DNA of 64,000 nucleotides from an uncultured Clostridia bacterium (GTDB lineage: Bacteria; Bacillota; Clostridia; Oscillospirales; CAG-272): contig CANQYV010000002.1 in assembly GCA_947628165.1 (NCBI GenBank), forward strand, positions 33,575 through 97,574. Reading direction: 5' to 3'. This document shows positions 63,861 through 64,000 of this stretch, in pieces. The stretch's first letter is position 1. Each line of letters opens with the position of its first letter. The notes below the pieces were generated by a model, which was not told the origin of the DNA, did no database searches, and saw nothing but the letters and a program-made list of their open reading frames with translations. A program made the position numbers and the translations under genes.

Positions 63861-64000
63861 CATGTACGAGGATGAATTTGCAGACCGGTTAACTAAACTC
63901 AGAATAAAAAAGGGCGTTTCCGCACGCGACATGAGCTTGTCGATCGGGCAGAACGCCGGATATATAAACAGTATCGAATCGGGCAAAGCGCTCCCGTCGA
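63861..64000 (+). CDS. XRE-family helix-turn-helix regulator, 3' end outside the window (not in the supplied ORF track)
   Basis: ggaggtga RBS, then ATG 63861. Translation MYEDEFADRLTKLRIKKGVSARDMSLSIGQNAGYINSIESGKALPS is a typical HTH_3 pattern. The frame stays open to the window end. Confidence 0.75.

Noticed and set aside
1-64000. Mobile elements (IS, integrase, prophage) flanking the candidate defence cluster
   Set aside because: No transposase, recombinase or phage structural gene could be recognised in any frame. The cluster has the same GC and codon character as its housekeeping neighbours. Only the last ~1 kb deviates in composition.

Overview
This is a GC-rich chromosomal segment. 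Gene content suggests a Clostridia-type Firmicute: single-chain glyQS, a DapL-type lysine pathway, ECF sigma/anti-sigma and LCP genes. I support about 58 protein-coding genes, read from motifs in the supplied translations and from RBS and start-codon context in the DNA. I see no rRNA, tRNA, CRISPR array, transposase or integrase. Most of the window is housekeeping (tex, trkAH, rsmA, glyQS, dusB, nadE, asnS, pcp and an L-box-controlled dapA-dapB-dapF-dapL-lysA operon) or plant-polysaccharide and sugar metabolism (GH51 arabinofuranosidase, SGNH acetylesterase, DhuD/DhuI-like pair, rhaD, an MsmX-type ATPase, an orphan solute-binding lipoprotein). The stand-out region is 46.8-55.0 kb. It holds a tightly packed, same-strand four-gene cluster: a TerB-N/TerB-C protein, a DUF2791 (BrxD-like) P-loop ATPase, an Lhr-like DEAD/DEAH helicase, and a PD-(D/E)XK nuclease fused to an XPD/DinG-type Fe-S helicase. 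A consensus promoter whose -35 box sits inside a perfect 10-bp inverted repeat drives the cluster. The first three genes look like the poorly understood Shango-type anti-phage module. The coupled nuclease-helicase and the regulatory architecture are what I cannot explain from known descriptions. Other observations: (1) a dispersed family of near-identical GGGGA(G)AAAACCTTTT/AAAAGGTTTTC(T)CCCC hairpin elements with at least 8 copies, one inside the candidate defence cluster and one composite copy; (2) a 39-bp coding tandem repeat in a phosphodiester glycosidase; (3) an SPFH plus ribbon-helix-helix pair behind an 11-bp tandem repeat; (4) a macro-domain/HTH fusion divergent from nadE; (5) three tandem M42 peptidases; (6) a leaderless Cu/Zn SOD; (7) a sharp GC drop in the last ~1 kb next to an XRE regulator. 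The high GC produces many long antisense ORFs in the six-frame track, which I reject. All family assignments are motif-level recognition without database searches.
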